A stretch of DNA of 64,000 bases from Paraspadella gotoi. Lineage: Eukaryota > Animalia > Chaetognatha. Each line of letters opens with the position of its first letter. Positions within the stretch are counted from its first letter, which is position 1. Positions 1 to 11,320 of this stretch are shown one piece after another. The stretch lies in NCBI GenBank assembly GCA_051294375.1, contig CM119265.1:27960665-28024664 (forward strand), given 5' to 3'. The position numbers and the translations under genes are program-made. The notes under the pieces are model-generated. The model saw nothing but the letters and a program-made list of their open reading frames with translations. It was not told the origin of the DNA and did no database searches.

Positions 1-250
1 TTCTACTTCTCAATTTCCTCGTTCTACTGTATCTATCCACCCTTACTCTCTTATTCATCTTCTCTATTTCCTCTCTCTGACTTATACTATTCCACCCTTC
101 GTTTTATTCTCTCTCTATTTCCTCTTCTATCTTATCTATCCACCTCTTCTTTGTATTCTTTCTCTATTTCCTCTTTCTACTGTCGTCTATCCACCTTCTT
201 CTCTTATTCTCTTTCTCTATTTCCTCGTTCTACTTCTCTATTTGCCCTTC
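1..250. repeat. Degenerate ~50-bp pyrimidine-rich tandem repeat
   Basis: Recurring 'ctatttcctc...ctatccacc...ttattct' motif about every 50 bp, 4-5 copies. Confidence 0.7.
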
Positions 251-639
251 CCTCTTCCCCTACCCTTCGCTTATCTATGATCCAGGCTGTGGATTCATCA
301 ACAAGTTCCTCTTTCGCTGTTCAGCATTAAGGCAAATCCGTCCCTCCCTCACTCCTTCTCCTTCCTCCTCTTCTCTCTTTCTCCTCCCTTCCTTTCTCCC
401 CTCTCTCCCTCTCCCTCTCTCGCCTCTCTCCTCCTCCTCCCACTTAATTGACCAACAGCAACCGGTTTTCTCTCCGATATCAAACACCATAAGTACTTCC
501 CCTCTGCACAGATATTATTTTTTCCATCTTATCAATTAACTTATTTCTCCTTTATCTTTTTTCGCTTCCATTTTTTTTTCCGCTTTGCAACTCTTATCTA
601 TGTTTATTTCTCCATAGAATTTTTGTCACTTTACTTTTT

Positions 640-1010
640 CTCCTTCCTTACTTCTTTTCCTTCCTTTCTTCCCTTTCCTATCCTTTCCTCCTTTCCTTCC
701 CTTTTCCTTCCTTTCCTTCCTTACTACCTTCCTTTCCTTTCTTTCTTTTCCTTCCTTCTTTCTTTCCTTCCTTCCTTCCTTCCTTCCTCGCTTCCTTCCT
801 TCCTTCCTTTCCTTCCTTCCTTCCTTCCTTCCTTCCTTCCTTCCTTATTTCCCTTATCTCCTTTTTTCCCTTCCTTTCTTCCTGTCCCCACCTTCCCTCT
901 GTTCTTTTCTCTTTACGATACCTTCCTCTTTCTCCTTCCCCCTCCCTCTTCTATTCCCTCTTATGGACCCCTTCCATACCCCTTTCTCCTCCCCCTCTTC
1001 CTTCCCCCTC
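640..1010. repeat. Polypyrimidine/(CCTT)n low-complexity tract
   Basis: Runs of ttcc/cctt with almost no purines. Confidence 0.9.
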
Positions 1011-1978
1011 CCACCGGTCAGTCACATTCGGGGTCGACCAAAAGGTCGCCATCTTTTTTTTTCGTTCTCTCTGTCGTCGTCGTCGTCGTCGTCGTCGAAA
1101 AAATATCCAAAGTGGGGATCGAGTGGCATTGAGACGAAGGGAGAGCGAATGGCATCGTGAAATGGCAGTGTGTCGAGTGGCAAGATTGACGAGAGATCAA
1201 TAAATATATCTTTCGTTTTTTTTTTCGTTCAAAAACGATATTAGACGGTTTGGTGATGATTTAAAACTTTTAGCCCTTAGATAATATAAGATAACATAAA
1301 AAGTTCGAAAGGCTATCTACGACCCTGGGCCTTTAATTGAAGGACAATATAAGCTGTTTTTGCTGAGGGGAGTGTAAAGCTTTTCTTCTATAGTGAAATT
1401 GATTAAATGAGACTTATAAATTATAAAAGTATAATCTAATTATTATTTTATGACTGCTTTAATTCTAGACTCTAAGGCTTTAAAGGCTTTAAAATCTTTC
1501 AGACTCCAGAGTGTCACCTTAACTAATGTTCAATCAGTGAGTGAGCTTCCTTCTCGAGAAAGTCAAGCTATGTTATAATAGTGTTAGAGTCTTAGAGAGA
1601 TGGAAGCCAATACCCGCCAGCGACTGAGCAAAGTCTGGTAGCAAGACAACTTAGGAATTCATCAAATGAATTGATAATTTTAATATTGGCTGATATAACT
1701 TCATGAAAAAAATTATATAAAACATTTAAAAAGCATTTTGCAAAATGTGTCTCGGCTTATAACATGGTTAAAATAAAGTTTTACAAGCAACTCTCCTCGA
1801 TAACCTCCATCAACAGGTCACCCCATCAACAGGTCACCCCATCAACTTCTTGTTTCCCCATCAGGCAACCTCAGCATGGAAGCGGGCAGGCCCGGGCAAG
1901 CCCAGATCCTCAACCGATTCTCGATATTGGGATCTAACTTTTTACGACGCAGAATACGACATTTTTTATCGGAAAAAA

Positions 1979-1980
<2 letters not shown>

Positions 1981-2040
<60 letters not shown>
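1981..2040. repeat. (AG)30 microsatellite, representative of dozens of (AG)n/(CT)n, (GTC)n and (CTTT)n tracts across the window
   Basis: Perfect AG dinucleotide run; similar tracts near 4440, 4620, 4760, 19950, 48510, 49470, 53940, 54115, 55760, 56760, 62545. Confidence 0.98.
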
Positions 2041-2043
<3 letters not shown>

Positions 2044-2202
2044 TTTCCGAATATCCCTCGTTATTACTATGGATGAAGAGGAGGGGGGAGAGAAATTCTT
2101 TGCAAGAAACGAAATTCCATCCATGTTTTGTTTTTTTATTTTATTTTCGAGAACAAAACTGTTTCATTGTCAAAATTCATAAAATATTTTCGGCCTTTTT
2201 TT

Positions 2203-2701
2203 CCCAGAACGTCCCATTTTATCTTTAATTCGGAATTAACTTAATTTCTTTAGTTATAGATTAGGTTAAGGGTTAGGGTTAGGGATTTGGTTTGTGATTA
2301 GGGTTAATGATTTAAGTTAGGGACAAGTATTAGGGTTAGAGGTAAGGGTATTGTGTTTAGTCTCTATTTTTATTTTGTTTTTGAATTAGGCAAAATAGTT
2401 TTAATTGTGATTAAAATTATAGGACATGTTTCGACTCTTGTAATGCGAGTTTTCAACAGCGTTTTTTTTTCTATAATAGTCAAATAAATAGTGATTGTCA
2501 CAATTAAAACTCTTTTGCCTAAGAGGTAAGGGTAAAAAATTATGCATAAGGGTTAGGGTTCAGGAATAGGTTACGGTTAGGGATCAGGGTCAGTGATTAG
2601 GGATCGGGATTTTTTTATAAATTTAAAAATATATTTATATTAAATATTATGGTTAAAATTAAATTCTGAGCTAAAACGAACAAAAATGGGACACTCTCGG
2701 A
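2203..2701. mobile_element. MITE-like dispersed repeat with internal degenerate TTAGGG-like units
   Basis: Imperfect terminal inverted repeats (GTCCCATTTT 2211-2220 / AAAATGGGAC 2683-2692); internal ggttagggttaggg-like motifs; shorter opposite-strand relative at ~41329-41590. Confidence 0.6.
2389..2519. mobile_element. 131-bp MITE flanked by TA (Tc1/mariner-like)
   Basis: TTAGGCAAAATAGTTTTAATTGTGA (2386-2410) matches the reverse complement of 2498-2522 at 24/25; TA at 2387-2388 and 2520-2521. Confidence 0.7.
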
Positions 2702-3420
2702 TAAGAGAGCCCCCTTCAACTTTCATGTTTCTACATACATTTATTTTTTCTAAATCTTTATTTTCACTTTCTTCTCTTTCTCTTTCTCCATATTTCTACA
2801 TCATTTTCTCTACTTTCTCTTCCAACGACTTTTCTCTACATCATCTCCTTCTTCTCTTTCTCTTTCTACATCTTTCTTCTCCATCATCTCCTTCTCCTCT
2901 TTCTCTTTCTACATCTTTCTTTCTTCATAGTCTTCTTTAAACCCATCTCTATCACCACCTCTCTTTCTATCTCTCTCATCATCCCAATCACCATCTCTCT
3001 CTCCATCTCTTTCACCATCTCTCCCTCACTCTCCATCGTCTCTATCTCTCTTTTTCTTCCACAAGAAAAAAAAAGTCTTGGATCTCAACTTTGATTGACA
3101 AGATTAGTCGTCAGGTGACGAGGGGTCGCGAAGGGGAAGGATGGAGGGGTCGAGAAGGGGGCAGAAGGGGTGTTGAGGGGTGTTAAGGATCTCGGAAGGG
3201 TCTTAAGGGACAATTCGGGGTATTAAGGGGCGTTGAGCTTTAAAGAACGACCATGGTAGAAATTTTGTGGATCGACGAGTGATGTTGAAGCCTGTCGAAG
3301 ATGCTGTTGAGGTCAGGGGTGCTGATGGGGTGAAAGGGCGAAAGAATTCGGGTCAGGGGTGGTTCGTAGTCATGGGAACGCGAGGGTTGGCGGAAGAAGG
3401 GTGAGTTGACGAGAGGAGGG

Positions 3421-3503
3421 GTCACGTGGGGGGCGTGAGTCGGAGGGGGGGGGCGAGCGCGTCACGTGAGGCGGAGGGAGGGGGCGGCGAGCGGCGTCAC
3501 GTG
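3421..3503. promoter_or_regulatory. Cluster of three GTCACGTG E-boxes in a GC/CpG-rich patch
   Basis: GTCACGTG at 3421, 3461 and 3496, separated by G-rich GC-box-like spacers; function not shown. Confidence 0.3.
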
Positions 3504-3569
3504 AAAATGAGGCCGGCGACGTGAGCTACGTCAACTGCGACCCGAGAAACGGCGAGAACGGAAATTCCG

Positions 3570-4330
3570 AGATGGAGGGAGGGGAGGGGGGAGGAGGAGA
3601 GGAGGAGGAGAGAGGAAGGAGGAGAGAGGAGGAAGAGAGGAGTATGGGAAGAGAGATGGAGAGAGGAGGAGGAGAGAATAGGGAGAGGAGGAGGGAGAGG
3701 AGATGGGAGAGGGAGGAAGGGAAGGAGGAGGAGGGAGAGAGGAGGGAGAGGAGATGAGAGGGAGGTAGGAGAGTGAGGAGGAGGGAGAGGATGAGGGAAG
3801 AGGAGATGGGAGAGGGAGGAGGAGTGGAGGAGGAGGGAGAGAGGAGGAGAGGGAGGAGGGAGAGGAGGAGGAGGGAGAGGATGAGGGAGAGGAGATGGGA
3901 GAGGGAGGAGGGAGTGGAGAGGAGGGAGAGGAGGAGGGAGAGGAGATGGAGAGGGAGGAGGGAGTGGAGGAGGAGGGAGAGGAGGAGGGAGAGGAGATGG
4001 GAGAGGGAGGAGGGAGAGAGGAGGAGGGAAGGATGAGGGAGAGGAGATGGGAGAGGGAGGAGGGAGTGGAGGAGGAGGGAGAGGAGGAGGAGAGGAGATG
4101 GGAGAGGGAGGAGGGAGAGGAGGAGAGGGAGAGGATGAGGGAGAGGAGGAGACGGAGGAATGAAGGAAAGAAGTTGAAACGAGAAGAAAGAGGAAAGAAA
4201 ATAAATAAGAAAAAGAGGAAAAAGGAAAAGGAGGTAAAAGGAAACGGAAATGAATAAAAGGAGAAAAAAAATTTAAAGAGGAAGAATCAAAAAAAGGAAT
4301 ATAAAGAAGAAGAGAAAAATATTAAAGGCG
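3570..4330. repeat. Polypurine (GGA/GAG) low-complexity tract with degenerate higher-order unit
   Basis: Repeated gggagaggagatgggagagggaggaggg blocks, then an A-rich purine tail. Confidence 0.9.
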
Positions 4331-4433
4331 ACGAAATGAGAAAGAAAAGAAAAAAAATAAAAAAAGTGAGAAAATGTCTTATAGCAATGTGGCACAAAAC
4401 ATCTATGATGGAGGAAACAGCAGGGTTGGCGCC

Positions 4434-4519
<86 letters not shown>

Positions 4520-4629
4520 CATCAGGATGCCGAGAGGGAAATATACGGTGACGGGGTAAACGCCAGGTCGCGCAGTAGGACTCGCCACATAAGATGAAAA
4601 TTCTGGACAGGTGCGTCTCTCTCTCTCCT

Positions 4630-4673
<44 letters not shown>

Positions 4674-4756
4674 CTTTGCCGAAATTCTTTCACCAATCAC
4701 GGAACTTCGACTGTTGTGGTCGAACGATTCTGACGATGAATGCTTGGGGGAGTCGT

Positions 4757-4852
<96 letters not shown>

Positions 4853-5627
4853 CACGATCCTGGTGTAAACAAATGGAATGGTATTGTCAAACTTGTCTCG
4901 CTCTCGATTTTATTCTTTGTCCCGAATTCGTAAGAGAGTCGAGATAAAATCGTCAGGTATTTTCGTCGACAGAAATCAATTCCCATTTCTGAGAAATGCT
5001 TCGCTGGGGTTTCCAACTTTTTATTGCTTTTTTTTATTTCGTTTCGGCTTTTTTATGTGTTAGTACATAACACTGAGTTTTAATTACATCCTTCTAATTA
5101 CAGATAACAAAACTCTCTCTCTCATAATTAAAATAGTAAAGATATATATTTTTAAAAATGTTTACATATTCGAATATTCATTATTAACAACTCTCAATTT
5201 TATTTTAATAAGTTATTTTTACTTAAAATCCTTTTCATTAATAAATAATCTTTATAAATGTTATTAACATGAAAACTTTTAACATTCATGCAACGTCATT
5301 TTGCTGTAAACCTGATTTATTTTCCTTTAGATGTCATTTAATTTGAAATTTGCGCAACGATTCCCAATATATTGTGTTAAGAAGACTTACCAATCCGGGT
5401 AAGTCGTCTTACCAATCCGGGTTCGTAAATCCTCTTATTCCTTCCCAGAGACAAAGCAAATCTTCGCCAAATATAAAACTAGTTATCGGAAGCAAATAAA
5501 CCAGATGTTCGTGACAAAATCTCTCTTGATTCCATTGATTTGGTCAGGAATTTTTGATGCTTGCTTTGTTGGTCAGTCAGTTAGTCTCTCTTGACGCTCA
5601 AACAGTTCGTGTGAAAAAAAAAAACCA

Positions 5628-5658
<31 letters not shown>

Positions 5659-6388
5659 GTTAGGTTTAAGTCGAACGCAAAATTTATTCGTGGACAAATT
5701 CATTGATTGTATGCATTGTATGCAATCAGAGAATGTATATTTATCATTTTAAATCCATCAAATTTCAGAAAATATTCTTCTCGAGTATAAGTGCACGTTC
5801 ATTTGATTAACTTTTTTATAATTGCAGAAAGACCAAAAGAAAGAAAAAAGTTTTTTTTTCTTAAAGAATATCGTCCTTATTGAGAAATTTAAATAGTTTA
5901 AAATAATTATAGACTTTAATTTGATTATAATAAATTTACTAACTTTATTATTCCAGTTTTTTTCTTTTTTCTTCAAAACTGCGTCGTTTTTGCCCCCAAA
6001 ATCTTTTCGATATCTGAATCGCCCCTCGTCCTTTTTCTCCACCGAATTCCCTATTTTTTTTCCCGCCAAAATTATCTCCTCTCTCTCTCTCTCTCTCTCG
6101 ACGAAAAAAAAAGAGATTATTTCTCTTAATCAGAACAAGAGTTTAACTTTCTACCTTAACGTTGCCTCCGTAAAATGTTCTTCCGATTCTCTATTTCTTT
6201 TCCGCCAAATTGTCATATTCAATTATTTTTCCAATGCCGTCCTATATATTTTTTTTTTCAGTCGGATAACCTCTAAACCATTACCGCTTATAATAACAAG
6301 CCACATCAACTTCGTAACCGCCCCGAAATTCGATTTTGACATTTCGATCTTTCGATCCTAAAACTCGAGTTCAAATTCTCGGCACAAA

Positions 6389-6452
6389 ATGAGCGACGCA
6401 GAACTCGAAATGGAAGTCGACGAGAATGACGTCGCGGAGGATTTACCCGGAT
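6389..6452 (+). CDS. Exon 1 of orphan acidic PLDLS-motif protein (MSDAELEMEVDENDVAEDLPG, phase 1)
   Basis: ATG in aaaATG context at 6389, 64 nt, followed by canonical donor GTAAGT at 6453; 87-nt T-rich intron ending CAG at 6539. Confidence 0.75.
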
Positions 6453-6539
6453 GTAAGTTCAAATATGTAATCCTTTGTTTAAATGTTTAATTTTTTTAAT
6501 ATTCTATTTTTTTTTTTTTTTGTTGCCAATTGAATCCAG

Positions 6540-6900
6540 TTTTGGATGAATCCGATGACGAGTCTTATTCTTCCGAAACGAATTCAAGCGTTTCGGAATT
6601 GTCGGTCAATAAGGATCCATTTGCTCTCGATGCTTATGCGGCCTTCGGAGCCCATCAAGAGGAGCCAATTCCTTATCCGGATCAAGAAGAGCAACATTAT
6701 CAATTGGCTCCTTTAGATTTGTCAGTCCGGAATCGACCGGTCTTACACCTTGACCCCGGGACCGATGGATCGAATGTTCCGCACGGATATTATCCGGCTT
6801 CCATCATCTATAGGAATTTCCCCCACAATCTCTTCCCAGAAAATGCACGATACCTTCCGGGCTCTATTGCTTTCGGAGGATTTCCATTCGGGTCTCGAGT
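6540..6900 (+). CDS. Exon 2 of orphan acidic PLDLS-motif protein
   Basis: Phase-1 junction puts it in the open frame of ORF 6530-6904 (LDESDDESYSSETNSS...APLDLSVR...GFPFGSRV); non-repetitive protein-like composition; ends at donor GTAAGT at 6901 (phase 2). Confidence 0.8.
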
Positions 6901-7054
6901 GTAAGTTATTTATTTTGATTTAAGATTGACTATTTTTGACATTTTACTAATAATAGGACAATTTAATAAGACTTCTTATCGAGTTTTAGCACTTTTCCTC
7001 GGGCGTATTGAGTACTTCCGTGTCGAGCAATAGGTCACCCGTTGGCCACAGAAC

Positions 7055-7786
7055 TTTTTAGTCGGATCTGCTTTCAGCAGATCCCGACTCTATTCACTTT
7101 GTCGGTCCGTCGGTCCTCCCCCTCAATATTGTCGGGCATTCGCTTATATAATGTCAGAACATCGAATTATGATAAATTGTGCAAAAAAAGATGCCCGTCC
7201 TTCTGTCCGTCCCTCCTTAGCAAAAAACACCAATTACTCGTGATTGGATGGATGAATTAGAATAAAATTTTGTGAGTGGGTAAGGAAGTGTGTGATTGAG
7301 CTGTATATAAAGTTTCGATGGAATCGTCCGAGTGAAAATGATTTTAAATAGTGAAATTTATTTTTTTATTTTTTCTATTTGAACACCAATTACTCACGAG
7401 TAAATGGGGCAGTTGACTTGAAATTTTGTATTTGGTTAGAAAGGTCTGTGATTAAACTGGAAATCGAGTTTCGATGGAATCGTTTGAGTGGAGTTAAGTT
7501 TAAATGGAAAAAAACAGAACCTGTTTCATTAATTGATTATGCTTCTTTTTCCTTTTATATTAAATGTAAATGCAGGATGTATTAATTAATCAATAATTAA
7601 TTAATCATGTCAATTGTTATCGACATTATTCTCCGTCATTGCTTTTATCGTGGTTAGGGACGAAAAGACTTAAAAACAAACATTTGGAATCAAATTAATT
7701 AATTAACTTGAATTATTTAATTATTAATGAATTAATTAACGATAATAATCGTGGGCAGATCCGACATTGTTTGCTCAAACTTGTTT
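7055..7786 (+). mobile_element. Non-autonomous Helentron-type element (HINE/DINE-1-like)
   Basis: 5' subterminal repeat GTCGGATCTGC (7061-7071) with nearby inverted copy (7077-7088); gtcc microsatellite remnants; two ~155-bp internal tandem units (from ~7227 and ~7383); 3' inverted copy GCAGATCCGAC (7755-7765) then short hairpin gtttg-ct-caaac and ttgttt; T-rich ends. Confidence 0.75.
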
Positions 7787-7836
7787 ATAAAGTAATATAT
7801 GTAGTCGGGCATTGCCTAGGTTCACCCCGCCTATAA

Positions 7837-8070
7837 GCCCAGTGGCTCATTGAGTAAAGCCATCAGCTCATGACCACTAGGTACCGGGTTCAATCCCAAC
7901 CTGGTACCTACCCTGCGGGAAGCGTGAGGACGGCCGTAAGCCGCCTTGGGGGCTTGGCAAACCCTCAAGCCTGGTTCCAAGCCCAGGACCCGTTCCATGT
8001 CTGCTAGAGGGGGTTATAGAAGTTACGGATAGTCATCTTCTGCCCACTTAGCGCCTTATCCACATATATA
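7837..8070 (+). mobile_element. tRNA-derived SINE
   Basis: Pol III A-box-like TGGCTCATTGAG (7843-7854) and B-box GGTTCAATCCC (7887-7897) at tRNA spacing; GC-rich body; (AT)n tail. Confidence 0.7.
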
Positions 8071-8232
8071 TAAAATTATTAAAAATTAAAACCTGAACGA
8101 AGCCTTAAATTCCCTTTAATCTTCCATTGACCCCGACCCTTTCCAAAACAAAGTCGGCGTATGTAAAGTTAACCCAGTTTTACTAATTTACTCCTTTTAT
8201 TGCCAACTAACTAATTTTTTTTTAATATCCAG

Positions 8233-8500
8233 CTCGGACGAACAAGAAGATAATGAACGACACCATAATTATTTGGATTTTCTGCGCGTCGTTCGTCATC
8301 AAGCGATGGAACACTGGAAGATGTTCCAACAGATTGCAATTTTAAGTGTGACCCACCAGAAGCAGTGCCTTATTCGAACCATGGACGACGTTCCTGGTTG
8401 TTACGATTACGAGGCTTGGCAGACCAGCCAGACGATGGTAGAGAAAAGAGAAACATATTATTTTAAGCGAAAAGAAAAAATGAACCTTTCGGATCGTTAG
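8233..8500 (+). CDS. Exon 3 (putative terminal) of orphan acidic PLDLS-motif protein
   Basis: Branch-like ctaac plus poly-T and CAG at 8232; phase-2 junction with exon 2 gives open frame SDEQEDNERHHNYLDFLRVVRHQAMEHWKMF...NLSDR*; joined CDS 693 nt = 230 aa; true 3' end uncertain. Confidence 0.65.
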
Positions 8501-9526
8501 TCGTTGATCGTTTTCATAAACCTAATTTCGGGGTGGATGCGTTTTTAGCTATCAATCCAGTTTTTTTTTTTTAGCTTCCAAGTTAATTCAAAATTTTTTC
8601 CAGATTTAGAGGTTTGAACACAGAGGTACGTTTTTAATACCAAGGAGCAGATATTCTTTAGATGTATCTAGTTAATCGTAATTGTTGGTGTTTGGCCTTT
8701 AGTTTTATCTAATAGTACGTACCTTCGGGTTTACGTACGATGATAAACTGAATTTGTTACATTATAAGCCGATTTCAGTTTTACAGGTTTAATTAATCCT
8801 AACGGAACATTTTTAAGACTTTACAACGTTTGACATCAACTGGAACTACGGTTTGGCGATTCAAACGGGCGATACGTCGAACATTGGATTATATATTTTA
8901 GTTTGTATAATTTTAAGCTGATAATTGTTTCATAACATATTTGGTTTTAATGAAACTTTAAATGTTCAACTGCGGCTCCACTTTCTTTCGTTCTACAAAA
9001 GCGGCAACACCGATCCTTCTACTGCATGCCCTGACCGCGAAAAGGCTCGTCAACGTGTTCCCAGAAGATCGTGTCAATTATTTGATTCCGCTCGTACAAA
9101 CCTTCGAAGATTATCATTAAACTTATTTTGCAATGTTTGAAAATTCTTTATTGGATATTTTCGAATTTGTAAATATAATTTTTCAAAGCTTGTATTTGTT
9201 TTAGTAACTTTTCTTAAAGCTAGATGCTAAGTTTTTCATTCGAGTCAATCCTGAATTTGAAAAGTCAAATGCCTGATTTGTTTATTCTGACGTAATTTTT
9301 ACGCAACATATATTAATATTACCATTTTGGAAAAAAATGTCATTTAAATAAACATGCGTATGGGAATATTAACTTTAACTTAGCTTCTACTCCAACTTTT
9401 ATCAGAAAAAACATTTACTTATCAGTGCCATATGGACTACAATTTTATTAAATATAAACATTCAGTACCGTAAAACCAAATTTTACTACATGAGTAAACT
9501 GAAAGAATAAAACAAAACTATTTTAA

Positions 9527-10633
9527 GTCCGGGATCACTCAATTCAAATTATAATTAGGCTAAAGCCGAGCTCGGATTTCGAAAGGAGAGCTCCTGACGA
9601 TTCCGAAAATGTATTCACTTTACTATTTTTTTCAAAGGCGTCATCGTTTTTTCGATTTTTTTTTACTATATAAAAAATAAAGAAACCTATTTGAAGAGTT
9701 GCAGCCCAAACGGTAAGGCGGTTTCTCATGAAATTTGGCATGGATTACCTTTAGGTAACGAACTCAGATTCTATGAAAAGATATTTCAAAATTTGCCTTC
9801 CTTCATAGAAAATTTGATATTTTTAGTCACATTTTTTGTGATTAATTCCCTTAATATCTTTGAAACGAAAAACATTTTTCTAAAAACGCGCTCATAGAAT
9901 CTCCCCACCTTTCTTTTCTTGCCGATATTTTTTTTTTCAAGAAGAGTCCAACGGTTTGAGCTGCAAACTCTTCGTTTAACTAACTTCACTTCGTCAAGAA
10001 AGTTAAATTCTGTACTCATTACTTTTGCAAGATTCACCACAACATACACAAGCACGGGATGTGATGATGGAGTTTGTTCAACGCTAATGTCTTAAAAAAA
10101 TGGCTTACTGTTTTTAATTTTTTTAATTCAGATTTGATTTTTTTTTTCAGAGATTCCTTTGAAAATAGGGCCAACTTTATTATGATATAAAACATTTACA
10201 TGAAGAAAAGTAAATTTCAAATAAAATTTGATAAGTTTTTTAACTCATAAAACTCATAAAAGCATAAAAATCCGTCTGGAAAATGTGTAGAGTAGTTTAT
10301 TTTTAGACTTATTAGTGATACAACTCCAAGTATGTAATTGTACCAAAGAAGAATTAAATATAAGAAGTAGAAATTGAGCTTACGGTAAAGAATAAGTTTA
10401 AGTTGAAAATTTGGTTGTAAAAATTAGCTTACAGTTAAAAAATTATTTTCTCCTCTGAAAATCTAGTTTTCCGAGAAAAAAAAATTTGTTTAAATTTTTA
10501 TGAACATTTTGGGTAGAATTTTTAAAAGTTTTCGATTATTTTTTAATAGAAAACCTCTTACAAGATGTGAGAAAATGATTAAGATACAGTAAATTAAGAT
10601 GTCTACAATTTAGAGTTGAGTGATCCCTGCGCC
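9527..10633. mobile_element. Non-autonomous TIR element with TTAA flanks (Kolobok-like)
   Basis: Left TTAA|GTCCGGGATCACTCAATTC; right end reverse complement TTAA|GGCGCAGGGATCACTCAACTC; TTAA at 9523-9526 and 10634-10637; internal inverted motifs; no transposase ORF. Confidence 0.65.
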
Positions 10634-11320
10634 TTAACAAAACGTAAGCTATTTTATGTCCTCGGTGAAAAAAAAAAAAATCTTAAATTTATTATTTAAT
10701 ACTTAATCCTGCCATCTCGACCTCGGGTTTTAACGTTTTTTTCTAAATATTTAAAAATTTTTATCTAAAAAAATGTATCTAAACTGCGATTATGGCGGCT
10801 TTGAAAAAAAAAATACTTAATTACCCTAAACCACCCCTGTCGACGAAAGTAAAATTAATCCACTTACCCTTAACCCCGGTCGGCGAAAGTAAAATTATGC
10901 CTAATATTGATTAAATGTTAAATTGATAAAACCAGAATCTTAAGTTAACCTCCTGGATTCCTCGTTCTCCTCCCGCATAGAACTTACCCTTTTCTTCCGT
11001 CCAATCGTCTTCCCTCTTTGCTAACCCTCGGTCCGGGTCAGGCTTTACCCCCCCCCAGCGCTGGCCTCCTCGTGCAAAGGTCAGTGAAAAATGATGGTCA
11101 GAGAACGAGGGAATGGAAGCGACCGATGTGGGCAAGAGATAAAGATGAGGGAACAGATGGTCAAGTAGATTAGGAAAAGGCAACTCTATTAGTGATAGCC
11201 ATTGCAATATTAGAAATCGGTGGGACGATAGTCAATTATGATTATATTTTTATAAATAATAAAACTCGATTGAATTGTGTATTGTACCGTTGTGANNNNN
11301 NNNNNNNNNNNNNNNNNNNN

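Noticed and set aside
2260-2610. True telomere or chromosome-fusion scar
   Set aside because: Only scattered degenerate TTAGGG-like units inside a bounded dispersed repeat with a second copy at ~41.4 kb
3521-5016. E/R/G-rich and S/L-rich ORFs
   Set aside because: Translations of (AG)n and GGA tracts, open in several frames on both strands because such tracts lack stop codons
10988-11110. Minus-strand exon ending at a GGTAAGT donor (…DDWTEEK|G)
   Set aside because: No clear acceptor, partner exon or recognisable protein motif
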